Shown here piece by piece: positions 41,657-55,396 of a stretch of 64,000 nucleotides of DNA. Within the stretch, counting starts at the first letter, position 1, and the number at the start of each line of letters is the position of its first letter. The stretch lies in assembly GCA_951406725.2 (NCBI GenBank), contig OX597823.1:45756001-45820000 (forward strand), in the 5' to 3' direction. This DNA comes from Octopus vulgaris. Lineage: Eukaryota. Under the pieces are notes generated by a model. It did not search any database. It had not been told where the DNA came from and saw only the letters and a program-made list of their open reading frames with translations. A program made the position numbers and the translations under genes.

Positions 41657-41740
41657 CAGTAAATCCCAACAGCCCTTATTGCATAAAATGGTACGACAGA
41701 AAAGCAGTTTGCTTGTAGAATTTAAGCAAAGTGAAGTTAT

Positions 41741-42186
41741 ATTGGTTTAAATTTTGGAACAAGGCTAGCAAGTTCGGGCCTGGAGTAATTCAATTATATC
41801 GACCCCAATGTCCAAATGGTACTTATTTTATCAACCCCAGAAGGATGAAAGACTAAGTCGACCTCGGCGGAATTTGAATTCAGATCATACAGACAAAATG
41901 TGTCTAAGCATTTTGTCCGGCGCGCTAACGTTTCTGGCAGCTCGCCGCCCTAAGTGAAGTTAATATTGTGAAGGAAATAAGGCAGCAAAATTATTACGCC
42001 AGGTAAAATGCTTAGCTGCATTTCGTCCATATGTACGTTCAGAGTTCAAATCCTGCCGAGGTCAACTTTGCTTTCCATCCTTTCAGAGTCGATATAATAA
42101 GTACCACTTGAGTGCTGACGTCGATGTAATCGACATATCCCCTCCCCCTGAACTTGCTGGCCTTGTGCCAAAAGTTGTAACCAATA
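41741..42186. mobile_element. Inverted SINE B1 pair, 41741-41950 (-) and 41979-42186 (+)
   Basis: Two opposed copies ~28 bp apart. Confidence 0.85.
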
Positions 42187-42595
42187 TTATGAAGAAAACA
42201 TTTGTGACATTACTAAAAATGTAAAATGTAAAATTATATATTTTCTTGGTATTTATCGTTGTGATATAACTACAAGCTATAATATTTAATTCTTTCGAAC
42301 AAGTTTCGATTATCTTATACCTTCATTCATACATCTCACACATTTTAAAACCTGAACATTGGGTTACTTTATTCTTGAAATGAGTAGTTTAAGTTAATAA
42401 ATGTGAAGGAATTAGCAGTAGAAACTCTCAAAAGAACATATTTTACCAGAATTGAAAATATAATCTTGATAAGATACACTTTCATTATGCTAAGGTAACT
42501 TTTCAAAATAATCTCATTATAAGTTGTAAAGAAAATCATCTTCGTATTTTGAATGCGTGTATAAATTAATTTTTCGCTTCACACTTCTTTTAAAG

Positions 42596-42921
42596 ATACT
42601 CTTCAATCCAATGAAAAAAGTAAGAAAATAGGAATAGCTGTTGAAAATTCAGATAAATCTGACTATAACAAAGAAGCAGAAAATGATGGCAATGAAACTA
42701 CACAAGCATCTAGTCAGGCGAAGAATGAGAAACGAAACATATGGGATTCACTAAGTATCCCGAAACATTCAAACAACGTTAAAGCAGTCCGGCAGCGTTT
42801 ACAGTCAGAGTTCCAAAGTGTTGGTTCACCAGTAATGTCTTCACGGCAAACGACTGCCCAGCTTCCACCTGTACATGGACAGAGTATTAAACGTAATGCT
42901 AACCAAACCGTAAAACTTTGA
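42596..42921 (+). CDS. Terminal coding exon of the same gene
   Basis: Acceptor cacttcttttaaag|; phase-1 frame open for 107 codons (TLQSNEKSKK..QLPPVHGQSIKRNANQTVKL*); AATAAA near 42977 and 43195. Confidence 0.65.
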
Positions 42922-43667
42922 TGACCGATATTGAAGAAGTAAGTTGTATTGATTGTAGAACATGTTGGTTTAGAAGAATAAAACTGAACATCACCATTCT
43001 TTTGCAGTCATGGGCTCAGGAGCATTTTTATGCAGGCTGAAAAACAGACACAATGATGCGTGTTGGAAAAAAGATTTAGGGATCCATGCATGCACACACA
43101 TATACATAAATAGATGTACACAATGAAACACATCCATCCATTCCTAACCCACCGAAGTAGAGAGAAAGTCCCGCATATATTACGGAAATATAAAATAAAA
43201 GTAATTGATTAAAAAATCTGACGACTTATCATATTCTCTTGTATGAATTAAAACTTCGTTATTTGGATGTATTGATAAAGGAATTCACAATTAAAAAAAA
43301 CAAACAATTTTATTTTCTGTTACACACGTCACTGTATGATGTATATAGGAATTTATTAGCAGATTTTGAGAATATATCATAAGTATCAGAGATTATCTGA
43401 TTTGTTACGAAATTAGGAATTTAAAACAATAAACCAATGTATCAGATATCCAGGAGGTTCAAGCTTATCTAAGCTATTCATTATATATTGGTCAATATCA
43501 AACTAACAGAAATAATTGTAAATATTGGACTGTTAATGAAGTGCTAAACTTCCAGCTGAAAAGAGTGAAAGCTGAAATATGGAGCACAAGGTATGGATTT
43601 TATCGTCTACCAGAATATTATTGGTCCGCTCATGTTCGCTTTTCATTTTCATATTTGGACATTTAAG

Positions 43668-43850
43668 CTGGCAAAATGTTTAGCGGCATTTCGTCTGTCT
43701 TTTTGTTCTGAGTTCAATTTCCGCCGAGGTCGATTTTTGCCGTTCATCCTTTCGATGTGGATAAAATAATAGTCGAGTACTGGGGTAGATGTGATCGATT
43801 TACATCTACCACGAATTTTCTGGCCTTGTGCCAAAAATTCGAAACCAATA
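43668..43850 (+). mobile_element. SINE B1, 5'-truncated
   Basis: Core plus ggccttgtgccaaaaattcgaaaccaata tail. Confidence 0.85.
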
Positions 43851-44380
43851 TTGAATCACTAGAACAGCAATAAACTCATAGAACAAAAGACCTCCTAATT
43901 AAAGTACTTTTAATACTTAGCTCATTTCTTCCCAATCTGGGTTATGATTTCACAAGGCTAACCATCATGTCTATAACGATTATATTAATATCATTTATCT
44001 GATAAATTCAGATCACTCTAGGGTGCGTCTACCAACAGGTATTTGGTGCTTAGGTAAGGAATCATGAAGTCTTCCAAAATCTAATGATAATTATAGAACA
44101 ATTCCTCCGCTGACATGAATATCGAAAAACGTATTGCATATTCACACGAAGCAGGTTTGCTGAAAAATTATATATCCTTTAGCTTGAATGTAATTAGCTA
44201 GTATTATCAAACACAAACACGTGTGTGTTTATTAATATAATCTGGATGTTTCCCAAATTTACTCTCCGGATATCGGCAAACGAATGTTATTATACAGTAG
44301 GACTTCTATTAGGGATATACATGTGAAAAGCTGCACATTTCCGTAGAGTGTAAAAAAATTTTTTTAATACAAAAAAGGAA

Positions 44381-44715
44381 ATTGAACAGACTTTATTACA
44401 AATCACTCCAATTGTTTCAATGCATCATTTCTAGCTGTTAATTGCTGAATGTTACACAAATCATATGCAATATTGTACTAATATGAGTGGCTGTGTGGTA
44501 AATAGCTTGCTTACCAGCCACATGGTTCTGGGTTCAGTCCCACTGCGTTCACCTTGGGTAAGTATCTTCTACTATAGCCTCAGGCCGACCAGAGCGTTGT
44601 GAGTGGATTTGGTAGACGGAAACTGAAAGAAGCCCGTCGCATATATGTATATATACATGTATATTTGTATATATATACATGTATATTTGGAAAATGGAAA
44701 CTGAAGAGGCTCGTC

Positions 44716-44755
<40 letters not shown>

Positions 44756-45721
44756 GTCTGTCTGTGTCTGTCTCCCCAACATCGCTTGGGAACTGATACT
44801 GGTGTGTTTAGTATTCCCTAGATAAAATGGAACAAGGAAATACGGTTCGGCATAAGAGACCGATGGAATAAGTACTAGGCTTACAAAGAATAAGTCCTGG
44901 GGTCGACTTGCTCGATTAAAGTCGTTGCACCAGCATGGCCTCTGTCAAATGACTGAAACAAGTAAAAAAAAAAAAAACAGAACGATAACTGTATACGCAT
45001 CTTCGGACGACCAGAGTCAAAGTAGTGCTATCTGAAATTTAGTTTCTCCACATTTTCGGTTGTATACTCCTACCGAAATACTATTTTTAGTATTCCCTAG
45101 ATAAAATGGAACAAGGAAATACGAAGAGTTACAAATGAGGAAAAAGAAATAGCAAAAAATAAATCAATGGAAATAAAAGAAGAAAGAAACCGCATTTTCA
45201 TTCGATCATTAACAACAGACTTGTTTGAAATTTTAGGAAAATAAAAAGAACATTTAAAAAATAAGAATGTTATAAAAAGATAACCTTTAAAAATTACCCA
45301 TTTTGTTGTGCCTGTTACCGCTCCACTTAATGAAAACCAGTGACATACGCTCACTTCCTTAACTCTGCAAGATACCAAAACCTGTCAACTTGCAAAGTAA
45401 TTTTAGCTATATAGTATCACCACCATAGTCTTTATCCTGTTGCTTTTCAAGTCATTAAATTTACTTGTACGTACAAGTATACATTTATTCAACACTAATG
45501 TATATATATATATGTGCATATACATACATATATTTTCCAAACATACACTCAAACTTTGCATTTTCATGAATGTGTATTCGGGTCACCTGTGGATAAACAT
45601 GCAAGCAACTATTGTTCAATCATATTAATATAATATCACGTATGATATATGTAGCATGCATCAATTAACAACTGATAATAATGCGTTGAAACAATTGTAG
45701 TGATTTGTAAGTCTGTTCAAT
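44381..45721. repeat. Long-range inverted repeat, arms 44381-44486 and 45620-45721
   Basis: attgaacagact..acaaatcactccaattgtttcaatgcat versus atgcgttgaaacaattgtagtgatttgtaagtctgttcaat. Confidence 0.8.
44485..44977 (+). mobile_element. SINE group A with partial internal duplication and a 38-bp templated patch
   Basis: Colinear with the family consensus except at 44807-44844. Confidence 0.9.
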
Positions 45722-45736
45722 CTATCTCGTATTAGA

Positions 45737-45808
<72 letters not shown>

Positions 45809-45944
45809 TTATGTGTGTGTGTGTGTGTGTGTGTATGTGTGTGTGTGCGTATGTATATGTATATATATATATATGTATATATATGTACACATATATTCAT
45901 GTATGTATATATGTATATATATATATATATATGTATAATACATA

Positions 45945-45987
<43 letters not shown>

Positions 45988-46117
45988 ATATATATATCTA
46001 TATATATATATATATATACATATATAAATATATATATATAACTATAAATAAATAATACGTCTATATACATATATTTATATAGATATAGTTATATAAATAT
46101 ACATGTATGTATGCATG

Positions 46118-46161
<44 letters not shown>

Positions 46162-47103
46162 CGTATGTGTATATGTATATATATATATATATACAGGTGC
46201 GCGCGCACACACACAAACACATATACACATGCGCATATACACACTTACTTGTAAGAATATGCAAATATACATTTGTTGTAAGCGTGTGTATGAGCTTAAA
46301 ATATTTAGACTTATACGTATAATTGATTCATGTTTATATATCTTTAGTACATATATTGTGGTTATTAAAGAATATATTAGCTAACTTGTGCTCGTTTTAT
46401 TCCATTAGCATTATAAATAAAATGACTATAAAGATGATTTGATCACAAAATAAAATTCATTAAAATGTTAAAAGGTAATTTAAGTATTAGAGCTATAAAT
46501 CTATAAATTCAAACTCGTTTTAAATTGTTCATCGTTATTTTCGCGTCTACCACGAAAGTTATGTTCGTTAAATTTTTCTAATGTATAAATAGCAGCAAAA
46601 CTAAAATTAAAATTAAAAAAAAAACAGTTATACGAATAAAAGATGAAAAAGATAGATATAATATATCCGATAAAACTTAAGGAAAAAGAAAATAAGTACT
46701 AATACGAATAATGAACAATAAAAATAAATGATGATTTTAAACATCTGGTATTGCAAAGTTCAAACTCAAAGCTGAAAATTTTACATCATGCTGGAAAAAA
46801 ATGAAAACTCTGTCACACACACACACACACATGCGCACACACATGCGCACACAGACATGCACACACATACATACATGCACACACATACATACATGCACAC
46901 ACGTACTCACACAAACACATATATGTATATACATATATATATTTATATATGTATATATGCATTCATATACGTATATATATATATATATATATATCACATT
47001 TGCACTCACAGACATCCGCCCCCATCCGCCCTTATATATATATATATATATATACACATGTATGTATATCACATATGCACTTACAGACATCCACCCCATC
47101 CGC

Positions 47104-47147
<44 letters not shown>

Positions 47148-47391
47148 TAGATAGATAGATAAATAGATATAATCAGTAATTGTCGCTTTTCGTCTGTTCT
47201 TTTACTGAAAAAGGTTTAATGTTGTAACACCAAATAATTATTTAAAATGAAATTTGCTGAACACTTTTGTGAGAAATACCTCACAAAAACTAATTAGGAA
47301 ATATCTTGCGGAGTAGGTATGTGTCATATTACCAAGTATAGAAGCATGCATATTACACTTTATTGAAGGTAGTCCATTTAATATATATCTA

Positions 47392-47543
<152 letters not shown>

Positions 47544-47652
47544 TGTGTGTGTGTGTGCGAGTGTGTGTTTACATTTAGTGTCTGTTTGTGGTATTATCGA
47601 CACGTCGGGTTTTGGTTTTACATACAAATCATACATACAAACATTCATATCT

Positions 47653-47692
<40 letters not shown>

Positions 47693-47871
47693 AGTTCCAT
47701 AAGGGAGTATGTTTCTATTTCATCTTTTGGACAATCAGATTTCTGAAGGTTTACTTCTGTCGTAGATTATAAATAAGTGTAAGTAAAGAGTGCACACTTT
47801 GAGAAAAGCTCTTGCAAGAGTAACTAGTATTTTAAATCTCCCCGTAGATTGGCCAAGCAACATAGAATATA

Positions 47872-49366
47872 CACCGAACCGCAAAAGAAACGCGAGACGT
47901 GTGTGACTATGAAATATGTTTTAATTTCAATATCTCAGAAATAAATTTTGATAAATCTGATAAAGTCAATTTCTTGAATGCACTTTGACCACAGTCTATG
48001 GGTTGTTGTCATGTGTTCTAGCAGTGGGTGTATCCAGTTCATCAAGATTGTAGGGCGTGACATGTTCAATACTGTGTATGTCCTTCCTGGGTGTTCATAC
48101 GGCCATACACCGTCGGTACAAAGAGTGCATGAGGCGGTTCTCAAAAGCCATGGGCACCTGTGCCCACGCCCTGAGGAAAGCTGTCGCCAGTTCCGCAGGA
48201 GTTGTCGGCCTTGGGACCACCTGGTTCAGCCGTCTCTGGATTTCATCCCACAAGTGTTCAATTGGGATCAAATCCGGGCTGAGAGCCGTCCACAGCATGG
48301 TTCTGATGTTGTGCTGATGCAGGAAGTCCATGATTACGCTAGCCGTGTGGGAGGGAGCATTGTCCCGCTGGAACACGTGGCTATGGTAACGTGCGAAGAA
48401 GGGCAAGATGTGAAGTCTTAGGATCTGATCAAGTAGCGATGTGCTGTGATGCCATTCCCTTTGCATGCACCAACATTTTGGAACACATAGGGTCCAGTTC
48501 TCTGATTCAAGCCTATAGCACCCCAAACCATGATGCTTTGTCCACCCCACGCGTCTCTATGACACATGCGTCTCTGTAACGTTCATCCTTCCTACGCCAC
48601 ACTCTCACTCTGCCATCTGAGAGTACCAGCTCACGTCAGAGAAGACTATCGACCTCCATTGTTGATGCCGCCAATGTCGGTGGTGTGTAGCCCAATATAG
48701 TCGTGCCTGACGGTGGTGGGCAGTGAGGACAGGTCCTCGAACAGGACGACGGCAACGCAGGTTGTTGGCGGCCAGTCGACGTCGTACCGTGTCGTCGCTG
48801 TCCATTGCCTGTGCTTTCGCGAGCTGCCATACTGGCTGGTCTGAAGCGATCACGGAGATGTTGCAGGTGGATGAAGCGGTCCTGCCTGGGCGTGGTCACT
48901 CAGGGGCACCATCTGCGGCACATCTGTCGTATCGCTGTTGCAGGCGATAGATGGTGTTGATATGGACATTGTAGCTTTCACAACAGCCAAGGCACGCTGC
49001 TCTGCTTGCAATCAGCCGATAGCTTGTTCTCTCTGCGCTGCTGACAATCGGTTCATAACTGACGCGTCCAAATTACGAATGTCAAGAACGTGATTCAAGT
49101 TGATTTTTCTACCAATAACCTCCACGAGATGCACCTGCATTTCAGTTTCCATGACAATTGTTTCTGACTGCCACCCACGGCATTCAACAAAGCTGCGTTT
49201 TTGGCGTCGCATTTCAGGGAAAGTTAAAAGGTTACCTGCAATTTGGGTCTCAGCCATAAACCAGCATGTCTTGAAATATTTACACTTACATCACCGAAAT
49301 AAATTTTCAGAATCTAACATATAAAAATGACATTTGAAAAAATCGCGTTTCTTTTGTCGTTCAGTG
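47872..49366 (-). mobile_element. Full-length Tc1-family transposon; frameshifted transposase at ~49056-48066
   Basis: TIRs caccgaaccgcaaaagaaacgcga / tcgcgtttcttttgtcgttcagtg; TA flanks; MNRLSAAQREQAIG.., IVFSDVS, FQRDNAPSH, SPDLIPIEHLWD. Confidence 0.95.
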
Positions 49367-49485
49367 TATAGTTACCTATAAATATTAATATATCTCACCA
49401 TACTGTAACAAGTACAAATATACAACAAAAAACGCCTATTATAAAACGTATTGTTGTAAGCATTTGTCATTAATTTCATTGTTTA

Positions 49486-49690
49486 AAGCGGCGAGCGGTA
49501 GAATAGTTAGCATGTTGGACTAAACGGTTAGTGGCGGTTAGTGGCATTATTTCAACTCATTACTTTCTAAGACAAAATATCACCGCGGCCAACTTTGCTT
49601 TTGGTCCTTTTTTGGGGGCCGATAAGATATTATAGCTCTCAAGTCCTCCCTCCCCACAAAACTGCTAGCTTTGCTTTACATTTACTATCA
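49486..49690 (+). mobile_element. SINE B, old and degenerate
   Basis: gcggcgagcggtagaatagttagc head; caactttgcttt..gggggccgataa core. Confidence 0.55.
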
Positions 49691-50410
49691 TTCAACTGAG
49701 ATAAGTTCTTAAATTTTATAGACACTATGTTATCCGAAAGTTATTGGGTACGATATATCTGAATGATTTAGTAAGAGGTAGTTAGCAATGTTATTAATAT
49801 AATACATTGCTCACGGCTTCAGTTGATCTATTACTGTTCAATAGGCTTGTCATTTCATTATAACTCTTTCTTATTTCTAAACTAGTATACTTGAGAGGTT
49901 ATACATAGTTACATATAACAAGAGTTTTGGGGTTAGCGGGAAGTAATTGTCTTGCCCAAAGACAATGTAATACGTATGTAACGAATTCATTTTGGAGAAT
50001 AAGATTTCTTTTGAGATCAAGAACACGTTTAAAACTATAGAAATACAACCGACAAAAGACAGCATCTTATACATCTTATACAAATTAAACTCCATCTACC
50101 GAGTAGCAAATACCTAAATTAGTACTACACCAAACAATCATCACAGTTTGAATGTATATCTTCTCACTATCTTTTCTTAGTTTGCTGTAACAGTCTTTAC
50201 TCCTCCGAAATTGAAGAGATGACTCGAGGCAATTTTTATCTAAATACAGTTAAAACGTTCCTCACTTCTTTAATCTAGAACTCATATTAAACACTTTCTT
50301 CAATAGTTTTCTCGCAGAAATGCATACACCCGATGTTCCCCTCATTGTTAGTTGCTATTTTGTCTCCAGTCAAGAAAATGAAAGATTTCTAATTTCTTCT
50401 TATGAACCAT

Positions 50411-50792
50411 ATTGATTTCAAATTTTGACACAAGGTCAGCAGATGGGGTAAATCGGTTAAATTGACCCCAGTGCTATCGATCTCGAAGGGAATTTAAACT
50501 TAGAATATAAAGACACACGAAATGCCGCTAAACATTTTTCCCGGCGTGCTAACGATTCTTATTTCTTTATTGCCCACAAGGAGCTAAACATAGAAGGGAC
50601 AAACAAGGACAGACAAATGGGTTAAGTCGATTACATCGACCCCAGTGCGTAATTGGTACTTAATTTATCGATCCCGAAAGGATGAAAGGTAAATTCGACC
50701 ACGATGGAATTTGAACTCAGAACGTAACGGCAGACGAAATGCTGCTAAGCATTTCGCCCGGCGTGCTAACGTTTTTGCCAGCTCGCCGCCTT
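50411..50792 (-). mobile_element. Composite SINE: B2 copy (50558-50792) nested in the head of a B1 copy (50411-50557)
   Basis: One TSD, tatgaaccatatt / tatgaactatatt, flanks the whole composite; two different tails. Confidence 0.8.
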
Positions 50793-53603
50793 CTGTATGA
50801 ACTATATTAAACTCACCTTATTATCTTTACATGTTCAAGAGGTTTAATAAAGTATATGAAGTGTTTTTCCTCCCCAGGGTAACCACTGAAGAACTGATTA
50901 AAATATCTTAATATTTACACGAGTTATAATTGTTTATTATGTACGTTATTTGTCGTTGGCTTTGTTATTATATACTTGAAGCCCCTCGTAACAAAAGTTT
51001 CAAGGTGTTATGAGAAATATTTTAATGTTACAACAACATAATGAAGAAATTACTGTATGTGTTGTCTTCTATTTTTTAAATATTCATATTGTCTCGAAGT
51101 ATTAACTTTGGAATCACTTAGTCATCGTCAACTGCGCAGCTTGCTAAAGTTATGAGCATTAACACGTTTTCACTTGATTGATGATGTCCCCTACCTAACT
51201 ACGAGATAAAAGAGTTGTCGAGAACCACTGAGCTATACAGCGAACGTGATGGAAATTATACAATTCACTATTTTAAATACACTGAATTACAAAGAGCATT
51301 AATAGAAATCCCTGCTGATAACACGAAGTTAGTATTTTGTCAACTTTTCTGCAGTTCACACTAGAGCTTTTTTTCATTGAATTTAACAAAAGGGTAGGAT
51401 ATTGAAACATTAAACAATTTTGATTGTAAAGAACAAGGTGAGATAATATGTCTACACGAACGAAAAATCTAAGTTATAATGTTTCAAGAACACTATTATA
51501 TCGTCTCAGACTATCATATGGTATATATGTAAAAGTATAATGCCTGAATAAGATAATAAATAACAAAAAGATTTTCTTTTCAACGTGATAAGCGAATTAG
51601 TGCAAAATCCAAAAATTACGGACCAATATACTTTTCATATTCCTTCAAAGATGTTCTGTATGTGCGCGAATAAAAAGGAAATTATTGGGGCTACAATAGC
51701 CTATTTTTGTTACCATACTATCTTAGTAAGGTATGGAGAAATAGAAGTTATTAATTGATGAATTGTTAACAAATAATAATTATATATTGTATTCGATTTA
51801 TTGAACTTCAGGGTTAAGAAAAATATATGTTTATCATTCAACAGGATAACCACAAATCAAATTTGTCGATATCTCGTGAAAAAATATAGCATAAAATACT
51901 TGTCATGCTATTTTGGATTTTCAATATGAAACCTAGTATAGTACACCTACTAACCAGTTGATTCCTATTGATTTCTCAGAGAACCCTCTGTTGGCATTGA
52001 ATTATAGATTACAAGTTTTTCTCTGCCTTTTTAACTTCCATAGTGTGGGTTGGGAAGATAAACATGATAGCAGTGTAATTTGCTTTTATGGCTATTAGAA
52101 CTATTTTTATTTTAGTGAAGCTTTTTTTAAATATGTTCTTTTAAAACTATGAAAAACATGTTAGAATTTAGATTGAAAGGGTCAAAGGAGAGCAATATAT
52201 ATTGGACTGAAGGGCAAGTGTAAAATGCTTCATATTACTTTTATGTTTAACCCAAGTACATGATATTCAATGAGATAGAAATTTCACTACAATTAATTAA
52301 GTAAATATCTCAAACATCTGTCAGTAAACAAACGGTGATCCTTTTACACTGGATGTTGTAAATGTATTCTTAATGTAAGTTAATTAGGTAAGGGAAATTC
52401 TAGTTAAATTGTTCATAAAATCCCTGTGCTAAGTGCAGAACTATGCATAAAATAAACGATCACAATATGCTTATAAACACACATAGAAGCACACATACGT
52501 ATATAGAAGTACATAAAAGGACATATATGCATGTGTGTGTGCAGATACAAGTATATTCGAGCAAATGTACATACAATCTCTTGAGTAAAGGAATAATTAT
52601 TTCAGTCTGTAGACACATTTTCGCGAAAGTGTTAACAACAACCACACAACAACAACAAAGAAGTTAATAAAAAGACAAACGTCTATTTCCTGTCTCGTAC
52701 ACAGCGAAGGAATAATAATATACAACTCCGAACTACTTCAGGAACACGGCTATTTTGATGTACGCAGCAAGTTTCTCGTTATACGATATATCTCACAATA
52801 AAAATAAAACAATTTGACCCCCAACCTAAAGTGCATCTTCATAAAAACTATAAACGTATAGGCTTGGATATATCACTGAAAATAACTAATATTAAATAGT
52901 AATCTATAGCCGCAGTTAAATGTATCCGTGTTTACTTGCATGTGTATGTGTACATGTAAGGAAATACAAGAAAATTATTATCACTTAAATCGAAAATCTA
53001 CAATGCTAAGGTACACAATTGTCACACACAGAAATACATACATGATACACGTACACACACACACATGCACAAACACACGCAATCACACACACACATCCTA
53101 TTCCTATCTCCTATATCCACATACAAAAACGTGCAAATAACTTTAAATATCTTCAAATCCGAACATGTAAAATAATAACAAAAAAGTATAAATTTAAACA
53201 GAAATATTGTCCACTAGGAAAATTCAATAAGTTACCATTAAGAACACCAATAAAGTCAATTTAGAAACAAATTTAGAAGAGATTTAGATTTTGCGTGTAA
53301 ACTCCTCCCACCCCGATCAAAATAGCTTTGTTATTCTAAACTGACGTAAACCGTAAGTACACACAAGAAACTATTTTGACAAAGTAGAATATTATAGAAA
53401 TTCTAACAGAATATCAAGAAATGTTAGCGATTATATATATTGGCATCTCAAATATCTGAGTTATAAAAGAAGTACAAAAGTATAGTAATTGTAATTCGAA
53501 TCTAAATTAATCTCAGAAATGAACCAGAGGATGAAATGTAATCCTAAGTTAATGTCACTTCTAAAAATCAGGATGCAAATGAAGGACTACAAGACTACGG
53601 AAA

Positions 53604-53646
<43 letters not shown>

Positions 53647-53649
53647 GCG

Positions 53650-53769
<120 letters not shown>

Positions 53770-53849
53770 CATACATACATACATATAATGCTATAATGAA
53801 TCCATAAATACATATGTCTGTGTTTGCCCTTTCCATCATTGCCTAAAAC

Positions 53850-55396
53850 TGGTGATGGTGTGTTCACGTCCTATAAGTGACAACCGTAACTTTGAGACTC
53901 AGTCTCAACTCATGGCTCGCCAATTCATCCTACGTCGATATCCCCTCACCACTATCCACACTACCCTTGTCAGGGCACGATCTGTGGACTGTGCCTCTGC
54001 TCTTTCTCCTCGCAGCACCCACCCCACCGTTGCACGTCTCCCGTTTGCCCTCACCTACCACCCTGTTCCACCTTGCTCCTCCAGTACACCATTGTCCGAG
54101 TCTTCCGGCGACTCTAGTCCGAACCCTCCACCTCGCACATCTTCTCCAACCTACACCTTCCCTACTTCCAACGAGCTCATTACCTACGTGACCGCCTAGT
54201 CCAAGGTTTCTTCCCTAATCCCACCTCCTAGCCTGGCTCATTCCCCTGCTTCTACCCACGCTGTCACATCTGCCCCTACTTCTCCAACACCACCATCCTC
54301 ACAGGCAACCATCATCGTCCCTACCACATCACCAACTCCTTCACCTGCACTTCTAATAACGTCATTTACTGCGCCTCCTGTTTTCTCTGTCCTTCCCTAT
54401 ACATCGGCCAAACGGAACGCCACATAGCTGACCGATGCGTGGAGCACCTCCGAGATATCAGATTCGGCAATGACACCCCGTTCTCGCGCCATTTCCGTTC
54501 TACCGGTCATTCGCTGCCACATTTGTCTGTATTCCTACTGTTTTTTTTTCGCCGTGAACTGAAATTAATCTTGTCTAATCGCTACTTTGCGCCACATGGG
54601 CTCAACTCACCTCCTCACTTAATTTGACACCAACCTCACCTCCTTTCTTCGTTTGATACTGACACACACCACTCCACACACACTAGCACTGATCACTTCC
54701 CAGCACCCACATCACACACCATCCATACACCCACACACAATCTTCAAAGGCGTCAGCACACATACCACTATATGAGCAGTCACAAACACTGTTCAACTTA
54801 GAACACACTCCACGCTCCATCATGCACACTCCCACACCCACACAACCTCACAGCATCTGAACACAGACTATATATACATACACACGCAACATGCATTAAT
54901 ACACGCAGCATACATAGACAAAGATAACTTTCGCCCCCATATATACACCATATACATGCACACTGTTTGGTGACAGACAAATACACACACACACAAGCAC
55001 ACACACACGTTACACACGCACACACATATGTCAGTCACTCGCTCCTATTCACACATACACACTTACACACTCACACACTTTATTCTTACATATACACTCG
55101 CGCACGCACACCTCTTGTGATAACTAGCACTTTATTATCTCCCTTTCATTCAACCTGTTTTTTTATTATCTCCCTTTCTTTCAAACTCTTTTTTTTTCAC
55201 ATCATACACCATGTTGGACCGCTGAAGTTTTTTTTAATCTCTCTCTATTTATTTTCTGTTATTCCTTTCTGTTGAATAGCGTAGACTCGAAACGTAAAAG
55301 ATTTTGTCATTTTTTTCCACAAGCATCAAGCTAATACACTTGTTTGTTATTCATACACCTGTCTTCGTCTTTTGTTTTTCCATAAATTTCAAACTA

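Noticed and set aside
46992-47110. Two ~45-bp direct repeats with TA spacers (also the 34-bp duplication at 61767-61835) as a CRISPR-like array
   Set aside because: Only two units in microsatellite context, no cas genes, eukaryotic DNA; local slippage explains them.
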